NCBI GenBank assembly: GCA_002269645.1 | Contig: NIVC01000184.1 | Coordinates: 645,173 to 709,172, forward strand | DNA length: 64,000 nucleotides | Origin: Macrostomum lignano | Taxonomy: Eukaryota | Direction: 5' to 3' | Shown here: positions 49,901-61,600 of the stretch, piece by piece | Position numbering within the stretch: the first letter of the stretch is position 1 | Layout: each line of letters starts with the position of its first letter | The notes under the pieces: model-generated | What the model was told of the DNA's origin: nothing | The model's input: only the letters and a program-made list of their open reading frames with translations | Databases searched by the model: none | Program-made: the position numbers and the translations under genes

Positions 49901-52900
49901 CTGTAAAAAATGGCGACCTGACCTAGTGATAATCTCCCTATACCCATTCTATAATCGCATCAGAGCAGCAGCCCCAATGTCAATAACCAACCGTCTCCCA
50001 ACCCTCCCTCATCCGCCGGCCGCAGCTTCACTCGGCCCTAACCGAGCTGGACACTCAGCGCATATTTGCCGAACCAGTCGATTTGCCGGCCTATCGCGAG
50101 GCCATCAAACGGCCAATGGATTTTTCAACTATGCTATCAAAAATCGAGTGCAATCAGTACGCCAGCGTGGCCGAATATCGCTCAGACTTTGATTTAATGC
50201 TGGCTAACTGCCACGCATTCAATCGCAAAGACAGTATCTATTGTCGGGCCGCTAATCGGCTGCAATCCAGATCGCAGTCTCTGTTTAGCGACGCTCTGGC
50301 AGCCGAATCAGCGGCCGATTACGATTCGGAGACTGGCCTGCATCGGTGGCAATTGGCGCCGACCAATAATTCGACATCCTCGCCGACTGCGTCTCCGACA
50401 AGGCCGTTGACTCGCCGATCGATATCTCAGGATTCTGCGTCGACAACGTCAACTCCGACTACGGCGCAACGTCATCAGCCGAGGCGTACTGGCCGACTTG
50501 GCAGCAGTTGCTCTGCCGCCGCCGCCGCTGCCGCCGCAACCTCGCCCATTTCATCCGCTGACGCGACTAATAACCGACTATTCAAAGAGGAGGAAAGTCA
50601 CAGCGATGCTGAAGGCGCCGACTCTGCCGGCGGAGTTGGTGACACCGTTTTCACCGAGTTTATCGGGTGAGTGTTTGGCCTTCTGTCTCCACCATTCTTT
50701 CCTCTCCGCCTTCCCCCCCGTCTCCCCCTTCTTCCTCCCCTCTTCATCTTCTTCCCTCTCCCCATCTTCGTCCCCTCTCCACCTTCCCTCTCCGCTTTCC
50801 TCTCCTCTTCCCCTCTTCCTCCCCTCCCCCCCCTCTTCTTTCCCACTACACTACACTCGTGCACCGTTGTTATGGATTATGGTAAGCACTATCAGAAAAA
50901 GTGTGAAAACTTAGATTAGCTATGATGTACTAGCATGAAATCAGAATCAAGTATTTGCATTCGTTTCGTGTTAAATAGCTCGTAGTTAGGCATGTAAGGC
51001 ATTTATAGTATTATAATAATATATCGTGAGTAAAAAAACGTAGTTTCAAGGAAACGCGGTATACAACTGCAAATAGTAACGTTCAATAGGACACAAATTT
51101 TATTATTTTTTGATGAAAACAGCTACAGTGTCTTAAACAATACGAGTATCAAATTCGAATGCATCAGTTTAACAAATTCAAAAAGTTAGTACATAAAGTA
51201 ATGTTTTAAAGAAGTTTTATTAAAACGGTTGAACAATGTGGAACTAATCAATAATAGTGTAGAGAGGTGAAGTGTGCTTTAATTCATCAAGATTCGATGC
51301 AGACTCAGGTGCTTGAGACGTTTCGCGGCGAAAAGAAAAACAATAACTATAATTCGTCCAATCTGTTAAATTGAACTGGCACTCGCAACAATCTGTTATT
51401 ATTGCTAGTAGAATTGTGACAGTTAAAATTGGCGTGAATGATTCTAACATTATTACCAGTTGCTGATCTTGCTGTTGTTGCACTACTCGCGTTAGTAGTA
51501 ATTGAAGTTTGAACTCCACCTTGCCTACCAAGTTTATGTCGCCAATAGGCGTAAGCTATTAAATCGTAAATAACTTCGAACACTTCGGCAATGCAAATTA
51601 GTGTTATGCCGCTGAATAGCGCCATCGCTCCGCCGACTTGACTAACAAACGAAGCCGAATCTAATAAATAGCTTTCTGTGTACACTTTGGCATGATTTGG
51701 TATGTACATCAGTACCATTGTGGCAAAATTGCGCTCGAGATAATCCGTCTTCGATACGAGCTGCATGGCTAATGTGTCGTTGTTTGCCTCGCGGGCGAGC
51801 AGCGCTGCGTCGTAGATGCTTCGGAATCTGGTATAGAGATGCGTGTCATGAAGACGCTAAATGTAGTGGCATTGAAAAAAATCTGTCTTCAGGAAATATT
51901 TTAGGAAATCGTGTTAACAGTTAACCTAGTCCCTAATCTACTGATTTTTTATGCTATCTGAGTGAAGGCAGAGCTCTAGAGACTACAGTCTGAATGAAGG
52001 CAGAGATCCAGAGACTACAGTCTGAATGAAGGCACAGATCCAGAGACTACAGTCTTATTGAAGGCATAGTCCAGAGAATACAGTCTGAATGAAGGCATAG
52101 ATCTTAAGACTACAGTCTGAATGAAGGCAGAGATCCTGAGACTACAGTCTGAATGAAGGCAGAGATCCTGAGACTACAGTCTGAATGAAGGCAGAGATCC
52201 TGAGACTACAGTCTGAATGAAGGTAGAGATCCTGAGACTACAGTCTGAATGAAGGCAGAGATCCTGAGACTACAATCTGAATGAAGGCAGAGATCCTGAG
52301 ACTACAGTCTGAATGAAGGCAGAGATCCTGAGACTACAGTCTGAATGAAGGCAGAGATCCTGAGACTACAGTCTGAATGAAGGCATAGATCTTAAGACTA
52401 CAGTCTGAATTAAGGCAGAGATCCTGAGACTAGTCTGAATGAAGGCAGAGGTCCAGAGTCTACAGTTTGAATGAAGGCAGAGATCGAGAGACTGCTGTGT
52501 GAATGAAAGACAAATTCTGTCTACAAATTTGTAAATTTCTGCATTGCACTTATGGAAGGTCTATATAATTACTAAAAAAACAAGTTTCACTTGAATACTC
52601 ACTTGCTAGGTATATTAACCACACCTCTAATATAGTGCCGATAGATATCCAACGCGCTGCCTTTTGTTGCGCCTAGTGTTGAAGTGTGCGCAACGCTGAA
52701 ATCCTCGGTGTTACAAGGTCGCGCACAGTTTTTCCCAGAAATTGTGTCGGCCTCCGTAGCTGCTGTTGATCCACATGTTTGATGATGCCGACCTTCTATA
52801 TCCGCTACGCAGTCTAATAGTTTAGTATTGATAACTGGAGAGCTAAGATTCTGTTGGTAGCAGGAATCGTATTGATTTTTACGAGCTGATAAATGTGGAA

Positions 52901-55900
52901 ACGCTTCGATTGAACAATTACAAGCTCGTTTCACCGCCGCGTGTTTAGCTATAGTGCTGCACAGTTCTCTAGTATGGTGACTACTTTTTTTAGCGTCGTT
53001 AACGTAGAAATGCACCCAGGTTGGGTGGTCCGTGCTGCAGTCTGTAAGAGTGAAGATTTTGTTATTGTAAAATCACAAAAATAGCAGGGATTCAACGAGT
53101 CTCTTCAAATTTACTTTTTTTATACTGATGCGATAGAGCAATGTTGTGGCAATACATAGTAGCATTAAAATTATCGGTGCAGCTTGCAAACTTACCTTTG
53201 ATAAGATTGTACTTTCGTTGCTTCACCTGAATAATATTTTGCGTGCCAGGCGCTATGTACAGACCCTCTTTAATGTACAGCGGGTATTGATTGTGCGGAT
53301 GCAGATGCATTATAACTCCTTGTCTCAGAGACTGCGGATTATCCACTATGCAGCGACTGCACTTGACGCCTTCGTCCTCAGAGTGTGTCAGAGTGCTAAT
53401 AACAACTTTCTCAACTAGTTCGTCTTTTGTGCTGTAGACATTTACAGAGTAGCAGTTGGTATAGTCAAATACGTAGCTTCTCTCGATGCTGTCACATTTT
53501 CGACTTTTGCGTACGTTGCCCTTGCGATAATAGATTTTGCAACTCTTTGACAGGATCAGCGGATAGCTTTCTGTGTGAAGTGCGATTGTACAATATTGTC
53601 TTCACTAAGAGCGTCCATAGCAAACTAACTTTGCATGTAGGTTGAAATAACATCAATTGCTTACCCATGTACTTCTTCAAGTAGACATCGATGTTGTCGT
53701 AGTACGCTTTAAGATTGAGCAGCTCGTCCTGGTATAAGTCCATCTCTTCCTTGTCAATAAGTCCTCGTCTATTGGCCTCTTTTGTCATGTGAATGACTCT
53801 GTCTCTATACTCTGATGGAGTCAGGCTGCCTCTCTGTTTTACCAATCGATTCGATGCTGAAAATGGGTTTAAATTGCAAATGGTCACAGTTGGAAACTGT
53901 CTATCCTGCGACGTCCACTGTTTTGTATTAATTATTGTGTCGGCTCGTCTGTAAGAGTCAACTAAGTTGTGTATGTTCTGCGCCAGACAGGCGAACAATA
54001 TTAACACTGTAGCTGTCCAAAAGCCGCGCATGAGGCGAGACTTGGCGCCTAGTATTCTTGGCAGGCCGCGTATAGACGATTTGCGTAGACTTTCTTGTAT
54101 TATCTCGGCAATTCCAGACTGCTGCTGCTGCTGCGGCTGCTGCTTCCAGAGCATTTTGCCTTAGTGTTTTTTCGAAAACGTAAAAATAACGCTATAAAAT
54201 AGATTCTTGATGGTTAAAATAGCTGCAGATACTGGATGCAGCTGTTTCTGACAACTGATGTTGCTTGTTATAAAATGCAATAGAATTTATAGCAGTTTAC
54301 ATCCGGTATTGGTCCTCAAATACTTGAATTAATATAACCGCAACTGCTTTTTAAGCAGATAATTATAGTAATCTTCATTCTAGTTGATATTCAAATTGAT
54401 CGAGGAGCAATTTTGTAGTTCGCTAACATTCTAATTGATGAGTTTTTGAGTTTATCCAGTTTTACTAGTATATGGACTACGTAGCGTTGCAGATGTTTGA
54501 GAAAACTTTCTTTCGCTTTATTTTTGCGTTAATCCCAATCGATTGAAATGTTGCGCTTCTGTTGACGTATTTCTAGATATCTAAATTTGTAAACTTTAAG
54601 CTTTAAGCTTTAGGATCAATCATAGGAGAGCCGTTTAGGGAACACTGTCCAATACATTAGTGGCAATTTCGACAAGCATTTTATTATTTAATAGAAATAA
54701 GGAGCTGCGAATTTCACCGATTAACACTATATTATAGCTTCACTGCTGCAGCAGTTGCTTGAACCAGTCGCAGTCACAGATATAATAAATATATCAACAG
54801 TGACAAGAATTAAAAAAAAAGATTGATTATTCAAAGCACTCTCTGAAACTGCGTAGTCAGTGCCGATATATACTCGTATCATGTGCGCGAAGAGCCGGTT
54901 ATAGGTCCAGTTGGACACGGCACCGTGACAAGTATTGCTAAAGTGGCATTGCAAACAACTCACTAATGACTGTAGCAACTCTAGGGCGACTGTTGTGACT
55001 TCTTTACAACTCAAACGACTCTATACGACGGAGAGGCTACTTTTGAGTCACGAGGGCATCACGTTAGTTGCAGAATTGTAAGAGTCGTGAAAAAGTCGTC
55101 CAGGAGTCGTGTTATCACTTAAGTTTCTACTTACTGAAGTAGACAATTGAATAGAGTTGTTATTGATGCGAAATACTATTATACTTCAAAGCAATGCTCT
55201 TTAGGTGGTGATTGTACAGCGACTCTTAAAAGCCTCAGATGCAACACAACTGCCCCAGAGTCACTGTAGAGCGTCATATTCACTTGCGTCGTCCCTGAAT
55301 CGCAGACAATAATACTCCTCTAATGGACTTTTACTGTGACATCTCGTCTTTTTAGAGTCGTATAGACTCTGAAGTCGCTTATTTTATATTTTACTTGTCA
55401 CCGGCAACGACTTTGGGCGACGCAAGTGACTCTGGGACGCTTGTTGGCAGAGGTACCGTTTACATCGGGATGTCATGCTAATTGCTTTGCAGCCTATGAA
55501 AATGGCCTACTAAAAGTAGCACGAAAAGTATTTTATTTAATTTGAATTTCCTATAGCTGATGCTAAAAATTTTCTCATTGATGTTCAAAACCAGTTAAAT
55601 CCCTACTTAGTCGAAGTTTCCTTTAAACAAACAATTCTAGGAATCCCAGTCGAACGCGCAATCCGTCTCGATCAACCAGCAGCGGCGAAGGCCCAGTAAA
55701 ACCCTTGGACTTAGTGTGGGCCAAATGTCGCGGTTATCCATCCTATCCAGGCCTAGTGATTGATCCCGACATGCCCAAGAGTGGCTACTCTCAGAACGGG
55801 GTGCCAATACCCGCTCCGCCAGATTCTGTACTGCAGTCCTGTCGCGGCGAAGACTATCTTGTACTGTTCTTCGATCAGAAACGCACCTGGCAATGGTTAA

Positions 55901-56184
55901 TGGCCGATAAACTCGAGCTGCTGGGAGTTTGCACCGAGATTGACAAAGAACGCCTAGTTGACGCCAAAAGAAGCCGCCTTCGAACTAGCATTAAAAAGGC
56001 CTATCAATTAGCCATTGAACATCTGTGCAAGGTGACTGGCAAGCCTTATCCTTATCCCACGGCTGGGACTGGCCTGGTTGCGGATACACCCAGTGCCAAA
56101 GCCGGTGCTGAAGATCAGGCCACTGGGAATGCAGCATCCCCGGCTGATGATGAGGCTAAAGACTGTGCAGACTCCGATTCTTAG
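43971..56184 (+). CDS. BRPF1: Peregrin / bromodomain-PHD finger protein (BRPF1 family), ~1087 aa
   Basis: Exons 43971-44078, 45002-45299, 45816 (or 45840)-46158, 46744-47248, 47458-47808, 48759-49232, 50026-50666 and 55641-56184, with matching phases (3264 nt). Domains: N-terminal [13 protein letters not shown]2H2 finger, [19 protein letters not shown] (EPC-I), PZP ([25 protein letters not shown]), EPC-II (YWRLKRQ.R.GVPLL), bromodomain (PMDF..CHAFN), PWWP ([13 protein letters not shown]). Confidence 0.96.
45355..45797. repeat. 58-bp minisatellite, BRPF1 intron 2
   Basis: ATCCCAGTTATATTCCTCAGAG.. with period 58 (45383 and 45441). Confidence 0.95.
46255..46712. repeat. 28/31-bp minisatellite (GCTGGGCCAGCCTCCCAGATCATCAGTT), BRPF1 intron 3
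   Basis: Tandem units; same family as 61465-61795. Confidence 0.95.
47300..47400. repeat. Short ~22-bp tandem repeat (TTATCCTAATCGTTACCTAGGA), BRPF1 intron 4
   Basis: About 4 imperfect units. Confidence 0.8.
47875..48720. repeat. 23-bp minisatellite (GCACTAAGAATCTGGAGGGTATG), BRPF1 intron 5
   Basis: Period 23 (47881 and 47904). Confidence 0.95.
49495..49880. repeat. 17-bp minisatellite (ATTATCTCACCCTGTAG), BRPF1 intron 6
   Basis: Period 17 (49501 and 49518). Confidence 0.95.
50690..50845. repeat. CT-rich low-complexity tract at the start of BRPF1 intron 7
   Basis: Polypyrimidine run visible. Confidence 0.85.
51347..54154 (-). CDS. DEG/ENaC (amiloride-sensitive sodium channel family) subunit, 594 aa, nested antisense in BRPF1 intron 7
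   Basis: Exons 54154-53665, 53570-53196, 53041-52603 and 51827-51347 (phases 1,1,2; 1785 nt). TM1 ([10 protein letters not shown]), [17 protein letters not shown], Cys-rich thumb (CYQQ..C..RPCN), TM2 ([26 protein letters not shown]). Internal acceptors 53570 and 51827 were chosen by phase matching. Confidence 0.9.
51960..52500. repeat. 32-bp minisatellite (CAGTCTGAATGAAGGCAGAGATCCTGAGACTA) in the last DEG/ENaC intron
   Basis: Period 32 (52145 and 52177). Confidence 0.95.
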
Positions 56185-56289
56185 TTCTTATGTAATTAAC
56201 GCTAGTCATTTGTCCATTTAAGCTAAGCAGAGATGTACTCATGTTGTTTACTAATCTCAAACTAATGTTAAACTATCAAAATTGTTTTA

Positions 56290-56630
56290 GAGTCGCCCTC
56301 CAACTTCACTCTAGAATCCCCTCTAACCCCACTCTAGAACCGCCCTCCAACCCCACTCTAGAACCGCCCTCCAACCCCACTCTAGAACCGCCCTCCAACC
56401 CCACTCTAGAACCGCCCTCCAACCCCACTCTGGAACCGCCATCCCACCCCACTCTAGAACCGCCCTCCAACCCCACTCTAGAACCGCCCTCCAACCCCAC
56501 TCTAGAACCGCCATCCCACCCCACTCTAGAACCGCCCTCCAACCCCACTCTAGAACCGCCCTCCAACCCCACTCTAGAACCGCCCTCCAACCCCACTCTG
56601 GAACCGCCCTCCAACCTCACTCTAGAATGG
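56290..56630. repeat. 24-bp minisatellite (CCCCACTCTAGAACCGCCCTCCAA) just 3' of the BRPF1 stop
   Basis: About 14 units. Confidence 0.95.
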
Positions 56631-57154
56631 CCCATCAACCCTGTCTGTCTAATAATCAAATAATAAATAAAGTAAAAAGATGTCAATTTTCAAGTAACTT
56701 TAATCTGGTCCTAGCAATCAGCACTGCATTGGCAGCTATTTTAATTCGTCTATTTTCATATGTTATTTTCATTTTTCATATCATGCTACATTATTCGATG
56801 CTCTTGTAGGTTGTTGCGTTCAAAAAAGTGCTGCATACTTTAATACTTGTGTTTTAAGTATGTTGCTATTCCGTCGCTATATGTATATACGAAGTTATGT
56901 ATTTGGCACGAGATGTGAGTACTTTGCACGACAAGTTTTGAGCAGTCAGTTTAACATTTACTCATGCTATAAAACGAAAATATGAGTAAGAATAAACCTG
57001 CATGCACTAAAATTTATTCACTATTTACCTATCTACCTTTGCAGTTACCGTTTTTTTAATAAATTTTCATGCTAACCTATCGATCTACCTTTCTAACCTA
57101 TCGATCAGATGCAATAGTTCTGTCTTTTAAGCTGCCTTAATCCTCTAACGTTGA

Positions 57155-57535
57155 GGTTAAGCTACCCTCTACCGTTAATCTACCCTAATAATCTACCGTT
57201 AAGCTACCCAAATCATCTACCCTTAAGCTACCCTAATCATCTACCCTTAACCTACCCTAATCATCTACCGTTAAGCTACCCAAATCATCTACCCTTAAGC
57301 TACCCAAATCATCTACCCTTAAGCTACCCTAATCATCTACCCTTAAGCTACCCAAATCATCTACCCTTAACCTACCCTAATCATCTACCGTTAAGCTACC
57401 CAAATCATCTACCCTTAAGCTACCCAAATCATCTACCCTTAAGCTACCCAAATAATCTACCTTTAAGCTACCCAAATCATCTACCCTTAAGCTACCCTAA
57501 TCATCTACCCTTAAGCTACCCTAATAATCTACTCT
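57155..57535. repeat. 24-bp minisatellite (CTACCCTAATCATCTACCCTTAAG)
   Basis: Tandem units visible. Confidence 0.95.
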
Positions 57536-58049
57536 TATCTACCGTTATACAGCCCTCATTCCTTTACCGTCATTCAAATGTACTTGATATTTACTTAAAA
57601 GTGCTATCCATTCATAAAACAGGTTTAACAAAGACAGTTAACACAGTTTTGTTGTATTTGTCCTTTGTTACAGTGCATTTTATTGCCTGCGTGCACTATA
57701 AAATGTCTTTATTGTTTAAAAGCGTGACATGTGTGCATATTTGTACATCTATACATTTTATCTGTTATGCCTGTTTTAATCTCGGTTAAATTTTCAGGTT
57801 ATTGCTTATTGTGCATAGTAGCTAACTATAATTTTGTATTAAATAATATGCTGCGTAGTTATCATGTCCTTATTTTTTAATTGCTTACCTGTATAAACTA
57901 CTAAAACTGATAATGTTTGAAATAAAGGCACACAATTTATTTTTTGCTAGTTCTCGCTTATTTTTAGTTATGTCTTGCTACTTAGATAATCAGTTTATAC
58001 GTATGCATACAGGTCACTCCTACGATTAGCTAACACATCAGTATCTAGT

Positions 58050-58530
58050 GGTCACTCCTAAGCCACTGATTCCTCAAGTGTGTCACTCCTAAGCCACTGA
58101 TTCCTCAAGTGAGTCACTCCCAAGCCACTGATTCCTCAAGTGAGTCACTCCAAGCCACTGATTCCTCAAGTGAGTCACTCCCAAGCCACTGATTCCTCAA
58201 GCGGGTCACTCCTAAGCCACTGATTCCTCAAGCGGGTCACTCCCAAGCCACTGATTCCTCAAGCGGGTCACTCCTAAGCCACTGATTCCTCAAGCGGGTC
58301 ACTCCTAAGCCACTGATTCCTCAAGCGGGTCACTCCTAAGCCACTGATTCCTCAAATGAGTCACTCCTAAGCCACTGATTCCTCAAGTGGGTCACTCCTA
58401 AGCCACTGATTCCTCAAGTGAGTCACTCCCAAGCCACTGATTCCTCAAGAGGGTCACTCCTAAGCCACTGATTCCTCAAGTGGATCACTCCTAAGACACC
58501 TGTTTCTCTGGTGGGTCACTCCTAAGACAC
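58050..58530. repeat. 31-bp minisatellite (GTCACTCCTAAGCCACTGATTCCTCAAGTGA) upstream of SMG8
   Basis: Period 31 (58082 and 58113). Confidence 0.95.
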
Positions 58531-58642
58531 TCCTAGGCCACTCCTTTCAATTCCTTAATGTCTTAAGTCTTTTCATATGCTTTTTTTAAATCGCTGATGC
58601 ATTGATTTCTGGATACTCAGAGGCACTATCAGCATCATCACC

Positions 58643-61600
58643 ATGAGCAGCATCAGCAGAGGTCTCAACCAGCCTGCCAACCCGGCTGGTTCCCCTTGCC
58701 CCCGAACTTCGACTTCAATCGTTTATCCCGACGCGATACGCGAATTCGCGTAGTGGCTTTTGTTGGCCGGTCCGATCCCAGGTTGTGTCCCAGCAAAACT
58801 CTACAATTGGAACTGCAGTTATTAGATAGGCCGGCGTTTCAACCGCCGTTGCTAGGCTATGGTTTTGAAAGCGACGGTGCTACAGTGGCGGACGATGTCG
58901 ATAGTACCGCCGATAAGTCGGCATCTGATCAGCAGCAGCTGGTCAGGCTGCACGGATTCTACAGCCCAGAAAAGCGGGCCGTGTTTCTAAGCTTAACCGG
59001 ACCGAATGACCCGGCTCATTTAGCTCACCTGTACGCCGCTTTTGTCCGAGATCTTAATCCGGACACGCCTAATGTTGCCGCTATGCTGACTGCGGCCGAT
59101 TTTGATAACATCAGAGCTTTGCTATACCTGTTCTCCGTGTCGCATGTTGTTGTGTTCAACTGTATTGGGACTCAGGTTGGTTGGATTTTCCAACTTCCGG
59201 TTCGGTGGGATCGATGGGATTTTCAAAGTTATGGAAAATTCGATACTTCCGGTTCAGTGGGATCGATGGATCTTCAAAGTTCAGGGAAATTCAATACTTC
59301 CGGTTCAGTGGGATCGATGGGATTTTCAAAGTTATGGAAAATTCGATACTTCCGGTTCAGTGGGATCGATGGGATCTTCAAAGTTCAGGGAAATTCGATG
59401 CTTCCGGTTCAGTGGGCGATGGATCTTCAAAGTTCAGGGAAATTCAATACTTCCGGTTCAGTGGGATCGATGGGATTTTCAAAGTTATGGAAAATTCGAT
59501 ACTTCCGGTTCAGTGGGATCGATGGGATCTTCAAAGTTTATTGAAATTCAATACTTCCGGTTCAGTGGGATCGATGGGATTTTCAAAGTTATGGAAAATT
59601 CGATACTTCCGGTTCAGTGGGATCGATGGGATCTTCAAAGTTCAGGGAAATTCGATGCTTCCGGTTCAGTGGGATCGTTGGGATTTTCAAAGTTATGAAA
59701 ATTCGATACTTCCGGTTCAGTGGGATCGATGGGATCTTCAAAGTCCAGGAAAATTCGATATTTCCGGTTCAGTGGGATCGATGGGATCTTTTTTAACTCC
59801 GGAAGTCCAGTTAATTAGCTCGTATTAATTACTCAATTATCCTTTGCAACTTCGCAGGTGAATCCGGCAGTAACTCGAACCCTACAGCTGGTGTCTCAGC
59901 TGCGTCAGCAGTTGCTGGGCCAACTGTGCAGGCCTATCGCTCGTTCCCTGTGCCGAGATTGGACTCTGAATGGTCGGACCTCATGCCCGCTGTGCTATTC
60001 CATTTCCAACTGAGTCCGGGCAATCTTACTAAGCAGCTAATTGACGGCGGTCACCAACGAGCTCTGGCTGATAGCTTGCAGTGCCAGATTTATCAGGTGG
60101 AGCATTTTTTATTTAAAGCGACACTCTGATTCAGTCGCTAGCTGATTTAGTCCTATTTAGAGCCTACCCAGTTAGAATCCACCCCAATTTCACCCCAATT
60201 TAAAACACACCACAATTAGAACCCACCCCAATTAGAATCCGCCCTAATTAGAATTCACCCCAATTAGAACCCACCCCAATTAGAACCCACCCCAATAAGA
60301 ACCCACCCCAGTTAAAACCTACCCAATTAGAACCCACCCCAATTAGAACCCACCCCAGTTAGAACCTACCCCAATTAGAATCCACCCCAATTAGAATCCA
60401 CTCCAATTAGAACCCACCCCAATTAGAATCCGCCCTAATTAGAACCCACCCCAATTAGAACCCCCCCAGTTAAAACCTACCCAATTAGAACCCACCCCAA
60501 TTAGAACCACCCCAATTAGAATCCACCCCAATTAGAATCCGCCCTAATTAGAACCCACCCCAATTAGAATCCACCCCAATTAGAACCCACCCCAATTAGA
60601 ATCCGCCCTAATTAGAACCCACCCCAATTAGAACCCACCCCAGTTAAAACCTACCCAATTAGAACCCACCCCAATTAGAACCCACCCCAATTAGAATCCA
60701 CCCCAATTAGAATCCGCCCTAATTAGAACCCACCCCAATTAGAATCCACTCCAATTAGAACCCACCCCAATTAGAATCCACCCAATTAGAACCCACCCCA
60801 ATTAGAACCCACCCCAATTAGAACCCACCCCAATTAGAATCCACCCCAATTAGAACCCACCCCAATTAGAACCCACCCCAATTAGAATCCACCCCAATTA
60901 GAATCCGCCCTAATTAGAACCCACCCCAATTAGAATCCACCCCAATTAGAACCCGCCCCAGCAGGTACCCATAACCCGCCCTGCACTGCCTCCACGCCCG
61001 CAGATATTCCGCCGCGCAAAACTCATCACGGGCCCCGAGGCCGGCAACTTGTGCCGTCTACCAGACGGCGGATTCTGCTGCGTCAGCCCGCCTGCACCAG
61101 CCTCGCCGTCTGGCGTCTTTCAGTCTCTGCTAGAGCTGGACGACCCCGTAGACTTAACAGACGATCAACTGTTGGATAATGAATTCATGCAGTCGCTGAC
61201 GGGCGGTTCGTACAATCGGGAATTCGCCAGATTCCTCGAACGGCACATGAACCAGGCGGAGGCTGAGGGCGGCGTTGGCGGCGGCCCGCTGGATCTGGTC
61301 TCGGCCAAGAGCTGGTTTAAAGTCTGCCACAAGCTGCACAAACTGCTGCTTACGGATCTAGACCCAGGCGTGCAGAGGGTTATGAACGAGTTCAAGGCTA
61401 GGTGAGTTGGATAATGGTCATGAGTATGTGTTTATTCACCCTCTGGAGTTGCTTGTGTCACTACCGATCCTCAGTTGCTGGGTCAGCCTCCCAGATCCTC
61501 AGTTGCTGGACCAGCCTCCCAGATCCTCAGTTGCTGGGTCAGCCTCCCAGATCCTCAGTTGCTGGGCCAGCCTCCCAGATCCTCAGTTGCTGGTCAGCCT

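Noticed and set aside
53092-53195. Extension of ENaC exon 2 ([10 protein letters not shown]..)
   Set aside because: A perfect GTAAGT donor at 53195 gives an in-phase join to 53041; the extension ends in a stop.
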